Source: the human T2T-CHM13v2.0 reference genome, Homo sapiens. From it: 64,000 bases of DNA. The translations under genes were made by a program, and so were the position numbers. Location: assembly GCF_009914755.1 (NCBI RefSeq), contig NC_060942.1, one strand, 5' to 3'. Within the stretch, counting starts at the first letter, position 1; every line of letters starts with the position of its first letter. Positions 1 through 13,690 of the stretch are shown one piece after another. The notes under the pieces are model-generated. The model did not search any database and was not told the origin of the DNA. It saw nothing but the letters and a program-made list of their open reading frames with translations.

Positions 1-729
1 TTGTGTAGGCAATAAAATATCCTCTTCTAATTTTACTCACTAAAAATAAAATACTTAAATATAGTATTTGGCTATTGACAACTTTTGAAATTAAAAGTTC
101 TATTTAATAACTAAATGTTATTTGTCCCTAAGGTATTAAGTCAAAAGCTGGCTCTGTAAATAGCTTGGCAATTACTCATAAGTTTTTTAAATGTTATCAG
201 CGTAAACTTGTCTTGTCTCACCTCTTTAGCAAGATACACTGATTTCAAGTGGAATTATATTAATGTTGAAGTAAGTAACAGTAATTTTGGTGAATGATTT
301 ATAGACATACTGTATACGTACTGTCAAAACGACCGAGATATACTTTCAACTGATACAGTCAGGGGCAACATTCTGCAATAAAACTGATATAAATCTGAAT
401 TCCATTGGTCAAAATTTCAATATAAAATGGATTTACACAATCCTGAAACCCTGAAAAGAATTCATCTGGGTCCTAAATACTGAATAATCTTTTAAAAATG
501 TTTTTAGGTGTAAATAAATCTATGTTAAATCAAACCATTTGGAATTGGAAATTTTGAACCATATTAAGGGAAGTTGGGGAATTGAATTTTTCTTGGAAAA
601 TTAGGGTTCTGAGAAAAAATAATTTAGATTCTTTCAATTTAAAAGCCCATTCATTTCTAAATCTGATGGAAAAGATAAGAACTAAAAAGAGCATGTCATG
701 CACTGTCAATACAAGAATTATTTCTTGTA

Positions 730-906
730 GGGAGTGAAAAATCTTAGACACTATCATGATCTGTGGCCTTCCTAGGGCCAGAGTACATAAACCAAATACA
801 GTATACCTGTGATATTAAAGTGTCATTGGGGAATATTCAGAAAAAAAAAAGTCTGAAAAGAATCCTTAGTGGGGAGATAATTTAAAAAAACGCTGAGAAA
901 CACTGG
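730..906. mobile_element. Old hAT-Charlie-type DNA transposon remnant (family uncertain)
   Basis: Ends in GCTGAGAAACACTG followed by GTATAGA, resembling the Charlie/MER terminal motif; left boundary unclear. Confidence 0.35.
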
Positions 907-1264
907 TATAGAAGACACTTCTACAGATAAATCAATTTATTTGGCTCTACCTCCCAATGTCCATGGAAAAAAAAAAATCTCACTATAGGTAAGAGCCTGT
1001 GGGTTACCTTTACAAAACTGAACTCTTTCTACTTGATAATGTGAAATGACATTAAGAATGCAAGAAACATTTCTAGAGCATATCTAGAGGCTGTATCCAA
1101 AAAATCAAGATTGTTTCTCATCTTTAAGCCATAAATCAAATGAACACAATAATTACATATAGGCAAATTACAAAGTTATCTCACAGAAAAATTGATCTTT
1201 TGATTTTTACTTTCATAATATGTAAATTCCATGTAAAAATCCAGTATACGGCTCTGTCAATGGC

Positions 1265-1289
1265 AAAAAAAAAAAAAAAAAAAAAAAAA
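1265..1289 (+). repeat. poly(A) tract (~25 nt)
   Basis: Direct read. Confidence 0.95.
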
Positions 1290-1860
1290 TCTTGTACTTT
1301 TCTTATCCTGCAGCTGCTGAATAAAAACAGTGAAAACTGTGCTAATTTAGTACACTGGCATTTTCTTTGCTGACCTAAATTATAAAGGACTGACTTCAAG
1401 ACCATCAAGGAAACTAATTTTAAACACTAATTACATCTAGTATGTAATATAGTTATTCAAAAGTAGCAACATAGATGCATTAAAAGAACTTGCGTAGTAT
1501 AACTTCAGAACAGTTAGTGCACATATCGTTTTCAGAATTATTTGAAAAATAAACTAGCCAATGTCAAATCTTAGTTTGATTTGATTCATTACTTTTAGGG
1601 TTCAAAGATGTATCCATTATGATCCCTTTCCTAATTTTATCCTGAGTTGCTTTCACTCCATCTTACCAAGTAAGTTTTCTTTACAATAAAAAAATTGCAA
1701 AACTTCCTAGCTGAATTCAATGTATCTATTTCTTCCAGTATAAAGAATCAAGTTACTCCTTAAAAATTAGCAGTTCTACCAATATTATTCCAAAAAAAAT
1801 TATATGTAGGAATAGAGGGCACATTCAGAAATAGTAAAGCAGCTTCTTCAAGAAACTTAA

Positions 1861-2134
<274 letters not shown>

Positions 2135-2531
2135 TTAAAGAAATTACTACTTTAGTATTTAGTTGGCCACGTATTTTCTCAACAATTTTCAAAATTTGAT
2201 GAATCTTGATGAATCAAAAATTTGATGAATCTTGTTTTATCAACATTTCATTTGTATAAGGAAGCATAAACATTACACACATATGCAATGCACACATTTT
2301 TAATGACCTTCAAAATGATGGGCAACACATTAGACTATATTCACGATTCTAAGGAAAAAAAACAATTTAAATACAATTTTAAAAGTTTTAAGGATAGTCA
2401 ATCAGAGGCAGCGTCTTGGCTAAATTTTGTTCTAAAATTTAAAGAAATTTCTAACAAGTCTATACTGTCTAACTGCCGCAATATTATCTCCCACTTTAGC
2501 CAATGGTATTGAATTTTTATGATTTAGATAC

Positions 2532-2892
2532 TGTGATGGATAATTTGAAATGTCACCTTGGCTGGACCACAGTAAGCAGATATTTTATTTAAAACATCTG
2601 GATGTTTCTGTGAAGGTAGGCTTTTTTATAAGATCAAAGTTTAAATCAGTAGACACTGAGTAAAGCAGATTACTCTCTAAAATGTGGGCGGACCTCATCG
2701 AATCAGTAGAAGGCCTTAAGAAAAAGAAGGACCTATCCCAAGAGCGAAGGAATTCTGCCAGCAGACAGCCTTCAGACTCACATCAACTATTTCTGGGTCT
2801 CCAGTCTGCTGCCTACTTGACCTTGCAGATTTAGACTTGCCAGCCTCCAAATTCATATGAACCAATTCTTTAAAATCTCTCTCTCTCTCTCT

Positions 2893-2937
<45 letters not shown>

Positions 2938-2977
2938 CCTATTGGTTCTGTTTCTCTAGAGAACCATGACTACTATA
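2532..2977 (+). mobile_element. MLT2-family (ERVL) solo LTR with internal (CT)n(CA)n microsatellite
   Basis: Starts TGTGATGGATAATTTG; contains GAGTAAAGCAGATTACTCTC; ends CCTATTGGTTCTGTTTCTCTAGAGAACCATGACTA, matching MLT2. Confidence 0.85.
2876..2936 (+). repeat. Compound (CT)n(CA)n microsatellite
   Basis: Direct read. Confidence 0.95.
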
Positions 2978-4129
2978 GATTTATATTTTTTTCTAATTTT
3001 CAAGATAGTATAATATTACTAAAGGTTTTAAATAAAGTAAGTATTAATAATGCCCAATATAATATTGAAATACAAAAATTATTAAAATTCATGGTTCTCT
3101 CTATGTAGATAAAAAGAGATGCTGGATGGATAGATGGACAGACAGACAGGAGAGTAGAGCAAGCAATATTTCTCCCATTCCTTCTATTTTTCTATGGCAA
3201 ATATCGATGAGCAGTAACTGTGGAGCAAAGTAGGTTAAAGACTGCAGGCAAGTTTAACCGACACAGCTAACCAGCATCCTACACTGCATCAGGGATATGC
3301 AGCTCTTTTTATCAGGGAAGGAAACATGTTCAGATAAGCAAAGATGGATCTCTAAGGTCACAAAACCTCTGATGGAAGAGCCAGAAATAGAGCTGCCTCT
3401 CCTTATATCTGAGATGTACTCTTCAGTTGAAATAACTTTTCCTAGGTGTATGTTCCTTAATATGTATGCATATGAATATAAACCCGTGTGCACATATGTG
3501 TGTATTTGACTATATATGCATATATGTTTGTGTATACATGCATATGAGTGTGCGTGTGTGTGTGTATTTCAGTGAAAAATCCTATACCTGGCAAACAATA
3601 TATGTTTGTTCTCTTACCTTGTCTCCTGCTGACAAGAGATCCCAAATCTTATCTTCGGATTATAATTGTAATCAAGGACTAGAATCATTCCCCAATGCCT
3701 TCGTTACCACAACTGTTATTTCTTTTTTTTTAAATTTAAATAACTTAATATTGTCTGTTTGCACTGGAATTAGGATCTCAATCTAAGGACCTTGTCTTAT
3801 TCTTCCTGCACCTAAATTAAAATACCTACTGAATAGCCAGGTACGCAATGTGAAACAGAGGCAATGACTCACTTCAATGCCATAGTCAGTGTTTGACAGA
3901 CAGATGGGCCCAGGCTCTCGGGGAATAAAGAGGACAGAAATTTTGCCCAGAGTGAAAGGGAATGAGAGTGTGTGAATGTGGCTGGGGGATTAGTGAATGT
4001 GTTTAGGGAGGAATTCATAGAGGTAACAAAACCTAGTATAAATCTTAAAGGTTGAAAGGAGAAAGTCTTAGTAAAAAAAAAAAAAAAAAAAAAAAAGGCG
4101 GGGGGAAGAAAAGTGATCTGGGTGATGAA

Positions 4130-4720
4130 AATAAAGCACATCAGGGCTATGGACACACAAAGGGCCAGGAAGGGGACCCAGCTGGAGCAGCCTGGAGGAG
4201 GGTGTGATACGGTTATGATCGCATTGCTGTGACAATTGCTGTTACAGAAGGAGAAGCAGGGAGCAAGACTGAAGGCGGGAAAACTAATTAGGAAGCTAGA
4301 GCTTTAGACTGGAAGAGAAAAAAGGCAAAGACTCAGGTGTTAGGACACAGGTAATAAGGCTATAGGTGAGGGGTGAATTTGAAAAACTACTTAGGCAGCA
4401 AAAAATTCAGGTCCTGCTGAATGTTTAGAATTGGATGAGAGGGAGAAGCAATATGAAGAAAAATCCAAAGATTTTAGCTGAGCTAGAAAATGTAGACAGA
4501 AAAACAGATCCAGATCAGGGCAAGGGAAAGAAAAGCAGGAAAGAGATGATAACACCATGAACGCAAAGTTCCTGTGGAACATTCTGACGGAGAGGTTCAC
4601 TAATCCATTGAATATGGGGGTTTGGAGCTCATGAAAGAAGTCAAGGTGGAAATAGAGATTTCATGACCAGCAGTACATGAGGAGTTAAAACTATGGTAAT
4701 TACTGAGATCACTTGGGCAA
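4130..4720 (-). mobile_element. L2 body fragment
   Basis: Degenerate L2 antisense motifs, e.g. TTGAATATGGGGGTTTGGAGCTCATGAAAG and GAGATCACTTGGG. Confidence 0.6.
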
Positions 4721-5359
4721 AGCACCATTGTTAAACTGGGATCACTTCTCATCGACTTTTCCCCTAGTCCTCAGTCTGTTTATCTACATTATCTACCTAA
4801 TCTTGCTTAGGACTTAATGGTACCAAGTATTGTCTCTTCTTCCCAGAAGAAAAATGAGTGAACTTGGATCTTCTTCCCCTCCAGAGGGATGTGGCAGGTT
4901 GAGTTGCTATGGATTCTGAGGAAGAGAGAGGAAGAAGCGCCCCTAAGTAAAAGCTTTTTATTCCATATCTTTACACTGCTTGTCCATTCCCAAATTCTGC
5001 TGTATGTGTATGCATATGTGTGGGTTTTTTTTTCAGAAATAAGACCTGTTTGTGATATTCATGTAATACATACAAAAATACAAAGGAAACACTCGTCACT
5101 TCCTCCCCCATCTGAAGTAACCAGCCAATTATATTTTCAGTAATATATCATTCCACAATAGTGGGCCTAGTGTTGTACACTAGGATGGGAAGTACATACC
5201 TCTCCTATCCTTTGGTCAAAATTAACAACATAACAAGAAGATAGTGCAGGCGTGTACGCATGCACACAGATGCATGCCATCAAAGTCAATAACAAAACAA
5301 AAAGATTCAGGAGACATAGAGGTAGCATGACCAGTAGAGAAGAGCAGTTGTTGTAGTTG

Positions 5360-5525
5360 TATTCATTCATTTGACAACAATTAGTTGTCTTAAGTACATT
5401 TGCAGGTGTCTGAGATATAAGTGTACATAAGACTGCCAATATCCTCACGGAGTTTATAGTCTAGCCAACAAAACAGACAAATGAATATAAATAAATAAAT
5501 ACATGATTACAACAGACTTTGTTAA
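5360..5525 (-). mobile_element. L2 3' end
   Basis: ATTCATTCATTTGACAAC...CTCACGGAGTTTATAGTCTAG resembles the L2 tail. Confidence 0.6.
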
Positions 5526-6900
5526 GAAGTCAAATATATGTGGCTTAGTACAGGGCTGAGAGAGAAGAGCAATGGAAGAGAAAGAAGTACATTCCTCTCC
5601 TATGCAACTGCATGGCATTGAGAAATCTTGCCTTTAACATCTTGGTTTTAGAACTTGCATTTTGTTTGCTTTCCATAAAATATTTGTTAGAGCAGATAGC
5701 ATCACATGCGTTTGTGATTTCAACAGACAACCCTCTTAACCTGCAAAGAATCAGATGACTCAAACCCTATTTCACTTCAAATGTTATTTGCTCTCCTGCT
5801 CTATTTAGGACTGCCCTAAGCTTTTTGGTCACCCTTATAACTTCTGTTTTTAATTATTGAGTCTTTAATCATTGCCTATTCAAATTGGGCTTTATGTATC
5901 TAAGTCTATTAGGAATAAAAATGCAGGAAGACTACAAATGTATGAAGATTTCACACAGAGAGTAAATATTTTGTATTTGGGATTAGTGTGAGGCAAAATG
6001 GTAAAAAGGCAAAGTCAGCTTTCTGAATACATCATCCTCCCTTTTGGCCCTTCCTTCAGCAAGCCCTTTTGCTGCAGTACTTAATCCTGTCCCATCACCT
6101 TCATGTCCTAATTCACATCAAGGTGTTGCTGTTTCAATTTCCAGCCACAAAGAAGGACAAAGTAACAGGTGTTAATTCTTAACCTAAAGTAATGTATCTC
6201 TCTGAACATAGAATATTAAGACCAGGCTGCTGTTCTTGGGTAGAGAAAATCATCTCTTCCTTTAAATTACACTACAGCACATGCTTCTATCAGCAGTCAA
6301 GCTGCACACCAAAGATATTCTTAAAAGCCATGTAATTTCAATGTACTTAACACATAGAAAATGTTCTAAGATGGAGATAGATGGGAGTTAAGGAGAAATG
6401 CAATATATGGTTTATGTCTTGAGAAACTTTGGCTTGCTAGGTCACAAGGTACACAGAACCAGGTATAAAATGGCTAAAACCTAAATATTAATGTGAACAT
6501 TTAATACATATCATACAAATAAATACTAGCATTTCTTCATTACTACTTCATTCATTCAACAAGCCTTTACCTTGTGTTTACTGCTTACAGGCACTATGGA
6601 AGGCAGTGGCAGTGGACAGCCACGATATGGCCTTGTGAGGGGTTCAGTTGAGTGACGACATGATGGTGAATACTCAATAAATATGTGCTGAATTTATAAG
6701 CTCAAAATAGCATGTGCTGGAGATACCCACAGCATGTAAAGAGGAATAGAAGAGTGTCACTACTCCTGACTGGAAGTCCTGGTGTTAGAGGAAGGGGTAT
6801 AGATTTGTGGACTAACAGAAAAGCAAGTCTCACTGCTGCTGGAGTTGAGTCTTGAAGAAACAAAAGCAGAGGAAAACATCCTTTGAAAAGGTACAGATCA

Positions 6901-7206
6901 GGCCAGGTGCAGTGGCTCACGCCTGTAATCCCAGCACTTTGGGAGGGTGAGGCGGGTGGATCACTTGAGGTCAAGGGTTCGAGACAAGCCTGGCCAACAT
7001 GGTGAAACCCCATCTCTACTAAAAATACAAAAAATTAGCCAGGCGTGGTAGTGCACACTTCTAATCCCAGCTACTCAGGAGGCTGAGGCATGAGAATCAC
7101 TTGAACCCAGGAGGCAGAGGTTGCCGTGAGCCGAGATCAAGCCACTATACTCCAGCCTGGGCCACAGAGCGAGACTCCATCTCAAAAAAAAAAGAAAAGA
7201 AAAAAA
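6901..7206 (+). mobile_element. AluS (Sx-like), full length
   Basis: GGCCAGGTGCAGTGGCTCACGCC start, dimeric body, A tail; TSD GAAAAGGTACAGATCA at 6885-6900 and 7207-7222. Confidence 0.95.
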
Positions 7207-7259
7207 GAAAAGGTACAGATCAAAGACAAAACAAACAAAATAAAGGAAAATAATGCACA

Positions 7260-7690
7260 TAACTGTGTACAGCTGAGGCACTGGGGGTGCACGGGTGATG
7301 GTCAACAAAGCTCCTAGAGTCAGCTTACACTAAAAAGTTTGGCCTTTATTCTGCTTAGTGTAGACAGTGGGCAGCCACTGAGTACATTTCATCAAGAGAA
7401 AGGCACATTTGAATTTTGGCAAGATCACTCTAATAATGATGGTGTCAACAATGAATTACAGGGGAGGAGGAAATAAAACAGCTACAGTAATAATCTAAGA
7501 GAAAGTCATGAAGTCCTGAGTAAGGCAGAAACTGAAGACAAGCAGGAGGAATGGACAGGAAGGGCCAGATTCAGGAGATATTAAAGAAGCAGAATCCATA
7601 GAAAGTGGAAGCTATAAACACTGGGCAATGGAGGTGAGAAAACAAGCAAGTGAGGAAGTGGGAGGCATCAAAGGAAGCTCCTAGGATTCC
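7260..7690 (-). mobile_element. L2 body fragment
   Basis: TTTGGCCTTTATTCTG...GGGCAGCCACTG...AAGATCACTCT...GATTCAGGAGATATTAA L2 antisense motifs. Confidence 0.6.
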
Positions 7691-8299
7691 AGCGTGGAGG
7701 AAAGGGAATCCAAGGATGAATGAAATGTAACTCGGCCATCTCAGGCCACCACTGTTTGCACCTGGTGCCCACCTCCAGGTTAGCTAGATCAAAACATGCA
7801 TCTGCACACACATAAGCACATATGTACAGGTGCACATACACGCATATGAACAATCACACAATCTGGTGATCCCTTCCTCTCATCTACATCTCTTCTTTTT
7901 CTTCCTCTCGCCTCTGCAACATACACACTCTGGAATTTTCAGTTGACACCTTTATCACATAGAGTATTTATTAGCCCTTATTTCTTTTCTTTAATTCGTC
8001 TCTCATTCCCCACTCAGCCAAAGAAAGGGTCCTCCCTAGACTTGCATTTCTCAGGAATCTGGACAGTAGTTGGTGTAAACACTTAGTTCAACATATTTAT
8101 CCTGTCTAATAAATTTAGATAGGAGCAAGTTTGCTAGGAAAGATAAGTATTTCTGTTTTGGATATATTGTTTTAAGTAGGCAACAATTGGAGTCACCGAA
8201 AAAAAAGAAAAGAAAAAAGAACCTGAAAGCATTTAACAATATAATTCAAGGAGAGTATAAAGACAATAAAAGTAATATTTCACTCTATAGATGTAAAGG

Positions 8300-9230
8300 G
8301 ACATGGTTTTCTGGGAAAACTAATCACAGAAATGATCCACACTAACTTATAATCTAACAAAGTTACTTGTCTGTAAAACTAAAGAAGTATTTGGAGAGCC
8401 AGGCAAAAAGACTATTTATATGGGGAACGCATGACCAGGCTGGCCACTGACCACATATCACTGTCTAGAGGACTATGGAACAATGCTTCCAAAATTCGTA
8501 AGAAAACACAAACACACAAAAAGAAAGGAATGGAAAATGTAACTTAGAAATTTTATACTATCCCAAGATGGCATGGAGGTGAAAAAGAAACATACCAACA
8601 TTTTTTAAAAATGCAAAAACATTAAGTAATATATTTTCCATGAGTATTAATTTATTATTGAAAGTACTAGAGCTACCCAGAGATGAATGAAAAAACTATA
8701 GCACAAGATTGGCAGGGGCACTGAATCTATTCAATGGCATAACTAAGGGTAAACAAATGCAGGATTATGGCTATACAAGAGAAGACAGATACTGCATGAA
8801 AAGTTGAAAAAGAGTAAAAAAAATGACATATAGTTTAAAGATTCTCATTTTCTCTTCTTTAAATCTTGAGATGACATATCATTTAAATCCAGTAAATCAC
8901 ACAATGATGGTTTTCAGTGTGTTCACCAGTAAAAAGGTAAATGTTAAGAAATACAATTTGCCAGTAAAATACCAATACAATTTACCAGTAAAAAGGTAAA
9001 TGTTAAGAAATACAGTCACGTGGTGTGACAAATAGTTAAGAAGTGAGAAAATACAGTTATTTCAACATTGACCATATTAGGGAGTGAAAAAAATACTGTC
9101 CTAATGAAATATAAGTATGGGTAACATGTCAATTTGTAGTTTAAATATATCTACTAGATTGGAAATAAAGAAAAGGAAATGGACAAATTTTAACTATATT
9201 AATAGAAAAACTGACAAGAAAAAAATAAAA
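8300..9230 (+). mobile_element. Old L1 ORF1-like / HAL1 fragment
   Basis: A-rich; ATGGAACAATGCTTCCAAAATTC...TAGAAATTTTATAC resembles the L1/HAL1 ORF1 region. Confidence 0.45.
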
Positions 9231-11959
9231 TATCACTTCTCTTCTAGTTATTTAGAGGATTTATTGCTTTTCAAACAAATAATTAATGCATAATTCACAT
9301 AAATAAATTTGACTCACATAATTTTGGAAGAAAATCCAGAAATTAAATTGTATTTGAGCACTCTATGATTGCGATCTCTTCTTTCTTCTACCTTTTATTA
9401 GATGCAATTTTATCACTTTACCATAGCACTTTCCACTGATTTGGTAGTTTTCACCTAAGAGTTCCAAATGTGTTTTTCAGTGAAATATTAATAAATGCAT
9501 GCTGATGAGGAACGAAGCTACAGAATGACAGTCAAAGATCATACAGCAGTATTTGGATTCGTTGAATTAAATTAATCCAAAAATTTTGGTCCTGTTAATA
9601 CTTTTCACCCAACTTGAGCTTCAACAGGAATGGAAGTTTTATTGTTAGCATTCAATTATATATTAAGCAACCAAACATATTCTGTCTTTTATTTGCTCAG
9701 CACTGTGCCACAACAATATATAGCTCCAAAAGCCACTTGTCTACTTGGTGATAAATAGATTTAAGTTTTCGAAACTGAGACCAACCAACCTGAGACCAAA
9801 GCTATGTTCTTCTTTCTAAAGCAAATGATTTTCTAAGCTTTATTTGATCTACCAGAGCCTCCTAGATTGATTTGATTTCAACATTACAATGAAGAAGCAG
9901 TGGAACAATGTTATTTCACTCTCATCACTGTGAGTTTTAAACATCATACTAGTCTGTACACACTATGGCAGGGCTCAAGATGTATCTGTGCAAAAGCCTG
10001 GTAAGTAAGAAGCAATAGAATAAAATCCTTTCAATTGAATTATGATTTGAGAGTTGAATTTATCATACTAAATGTTTTCTTCAAACAGAGTACATCCTTA
10101 TTTCCAGTTAATATTTAAGACTATCCATACATCAAGCTCATTGCTTACAGATATGCAAAACAACTGTTTTTCTCTTCATCAGTTTAAACTCACAATTTAT
10201 AACTGTGATATATAGACATTTGGCAAACACAGATGATTTTAATTTATAATGCACCTCTATTTGATATATCAATATAAAAGGTAATTCTATAGATTATACA
10301 AGGAGAAGAACCTTTCAGAAGAGCTTGAAAACACTGAATTATACTTGATGATAGAAAGTATCAAATAGATACCTAAAGCCATCATGAACTTAAATAATGC
10401 TTGGCATCTATAAAGGAATTATTTCAAATACAGTATGTCGGCCAAGGCACCAACCAGCTGTTAATGTCACTGGGCTCTCCTATGCAACTTACAAAATTAT
10501 TTTTGAGTATATTCAGTAATTACTTTTGGCACATACTCCAGTTCCATAACCTGTTCTCGTCTATCTCAAGAGCTTTCAATCTGATTACATTTTCCATGAT
10601 GTAAAAGCACAACTCCCTTTGTGGAATCCACGTAGAAATCACTGAATTCTGTGTTCTTCCTCCCTTTGCTTTATCTCACATACCCCATACTGTTATTAAT
10701 GGTTATTTGAATTTCAGTGGAAATAAAAGTGATCAATCTTTACTGCAACCACAGATAATAGGCATCCTAGTGCTCCTATTTCAAGGCGTGGTGTTTATCA
10801 TTTCTTAAGAAGGAATATCCATTAATTTAGGATATAATAGTTTTAGACCAAAGATAACTAATGTCAAGAGGAAACTTTCTATATCAGAAGAATAACTGGC
10901 CTTCAGTCTTAAAAGAACAGTCTTGTAAGAAAGTCAGGGTGTATTTCAAGAACGATTCTGAGCACTTGGTCAGTGATTCTTAATGGGTTGTGTTTCTCTC
11001 TGTAAATCCTCGGTAGAGGTGGAATTAATTTTATTTAACAGATTCATCAGGCGCTTATTGGACACAGAGCAGAGCCCTGGGTTTTCAGGTGTTCGAACTT
11101 GGCATTGTGCATTGGGGCACTAAACTATTAACCTAAAACCATCTGAAGTACACTTAAAATATAATTTCCTTGACAATGGTTATCTAGATTACTTAAAGAT
11201 TAGGTGATCTGGTGTGAGTATAACTTTGGCAGAAGTTTCTGACATCATAAATTCTGAATCCATCCAGTGATTGAATAGAAAGAATTGTTCACTTCCCAAC
11301 ATATTAAACTTTCAAAGGTCTGTGACTCTGCCATACAAGCCAGGCATTTCCAAGAGCTCGGAAGTCACTGTTATGCATTTCCCATTCTCACACACACACA
11401 TACACGCTTGCACACACACAGTTCAGTCATAATGGCTACATTTGTGGATGATGCTCCCTCTAGAACTGGATGCACAAGAGAATAAGAAATGACCAGTGAT
11501 GCACCCTGCCTCTTGCAAACTGGAGAGAGCATTTACTACCATTCTCATCCACTCAAGAAGAGAATCAAGTTCTGAATAGAAAAGAACTATCATATTCCTC
11601 TAAATTCATGATTCCCAGATTCTGAGCTAATTTTCTTATGAAAATACATTGCTTAAAAATGTCAAGTATTTATAAAAACTCTAAAATGAACTTTAGTGAT
11701 TGGCCATGGTTTTGTCAGTTTGAGAAAACATGGAATGTATTTTGATCTCACTGAGATGAATAATAAACATTTCCTTTCAAAGGATAAACAAGTTTTATTG
11801 AAGAGCTTACACTCCTTAGGAATTTTAAATTAACTTAATCTTCAGTCACTTACAAAAAAATTCTTTTATATTGTCCTTATATTATGACATGTAAATTATT
11901 ACTTTCTTATAAAATACATAATCCACACTATTGAGTAATATACACACAGTCATGATTCA

Positions 11960-12600
11960 CTTTGAAAAGAAGCCAAAAAAATTCTTAATAAAAATGGTGT
12001 TGGAATGGAAAATAGCTTATCTCATACACTGTTGGTGGCAGTGTAAATCAGTAGAGCCTTTTCAGAAGACAACTTGGCTGTATTAATAAAGAGTATGTAC
12101 CTTTGATTTTCAAATTCTACAATTTGGAATCCATCATTTATAAGTATAATCATATATGCACAAAACTATGTTTAAGAATGTTTGTTACATTAATAATAGC
12201 ATAATTACTTAACCTTTACTGAGCATGTACTTTGGAGTATGGCCAAATTAAATCCATATTACAGAATGATATGAAATCTATCTATTTTTGTCTATGTGTT
12301 TTTATATATACATATTATAAAATATATATATCACTTTTCAATCTTTTTTCTAATATATAACATATATTAGAAATATTGTATATAAAATTTATATTATATA
12401 TATTTGAAAAAAGTCTGCAAAGATACTACAAACTATGGTTATCTATACGGAAGACTACTGAATGGGGGAGGTGTGGAATGGGGAAGCCAGGAAAGAGGTA
12501 AGAATAAAAGTCTTCGCATTTTACATTTTATTTTTCACATTTAGTTTTGTGTTACTTACATTGAACATGTAACTCTATCACTTTTCAATTAAAAATTTAG
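11960..12600 (+). mobile_element. L1ME 3' fragment
   Basis: CTCATACACTGTTGGTGGCAGTGTAAAT motif and downstream L1ME 3' UTR-like sequence. Confidence 0.6.
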
Positions 12601-13164
12601 AAGGTATGTTAACAGGACCAATGCAATACATTATAACTTTTTAACGACAAAATCATTCTGTATAATTAAGCTTAAACATCTAAAGAGTATGGTCAGGAAA
12701 TAGAATTAACACTCAAATTGAGGTAGGTTTGATTGTCTTATTGGTAAGTAGGTTTGATACCTTGAGACGAAATATCAAGATTTATCTTCTATGAACCTAC
12801 AAACTGAATTATTAAAACCAAAATCAACAAATAAAATCAAGCTCTTAGAGTGCTTAAGAATCCATGGTGGGGAGGCACACTACACAATTTGAAAGCACCT
12901 AAGGTGCTCCGTACCTAATATGTACTCCATCAGGGTAGGTATCTTGTCCTCTTGAGAACTTTAACTTACTACTTAATCTGAACCCATTTTATCTGTTTTT
13001 ATTTCCAACTCTTTCCTAAATAGATCTTCCCTCCTAACAGCTTGGTTGTGTCACAGTTCCATAAACACCATTCCATGAACCTCATTCATTCTTACTATTT
13101 AGCTCTGCATTTAATAAACTTGGGGTTCCTCCTCAGCTAACATCCTCTCTCCTGGGAGCTCTTT

Positions 13165-13690
13165 GACAACTACACACCCACCACTCCCCTCCAGAGAGAG
13201 TGAGTCCCTGCTTATCCATGTTCACAGCATGTGATCTCCTGTGCCGCGTGACCACAGTTGATAGGACCAAGGGTTGATCCTTTACTCATGATCTAAACAG
13301 CTCAGATGTTCTCTCTTAATAATTTAACTAACAGAGTCAAGACTGAATCAATTACTAGTAGTTCTTGGAGCTGGAAAATCATATAGAATGGGAAACTATG
13401 GAAGCCCCAGGGGCTATGTGTACTAATTATTTAGCAGAGAGAGTCAGGTTGCAGACATTTAAAAGCAGAAACAGGAACCAGGTGATGAGAGAACAAGAGA
13501 GGAGAAAAGAAGAGTAGAGGAGATGGGACAGGAATAGCTGCTTTGTTCCCCAGGCTTTTTAGCTCTACTCCCAAGAAAACCCAGTGTGTCTTCATTTTCT
13601 TTGGTTATCCAGAATACTACTGCCATCTTTTAATAAATATTTTCTTAGAGAAGCTAATTTGACAGGCTTTCTGTGTCTTAGATACCTGAT
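13165..13690 (+). mobile_element. Old ERVL-type LTR (LTR33-like)
   Basis: CCACAGTTGATAGGACCAAGGG...CAGATGTTCTCTC; AATAAA then a TTTCTGTGTCTT 3' end. Confidence 0.5.

Noticed and set aside
288-356. Possible C/D box snoRNA
   Set aside because: No canonical RTGATGA C box or terminal stem
221-452. - strand exon candidate with GAG/GTGAGA donor
   Set aside because: The frames I checked contain stops; no coding support
6702-7317. ORFs with Alu-like peptides (also at 21834, 33086 and 62615)
   Set aside because: Translations of Alu sequence
8925-9014. Repeat-spacer-repeat resembling a CRISPR unit
   Set aside because: Only two repeats, spacer derived from the repeat, eukaryotic DNA, no cas genes
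12759-12797. 36-nt - strand exon candidate
   Set aside because: All frames closed and the donor is weak
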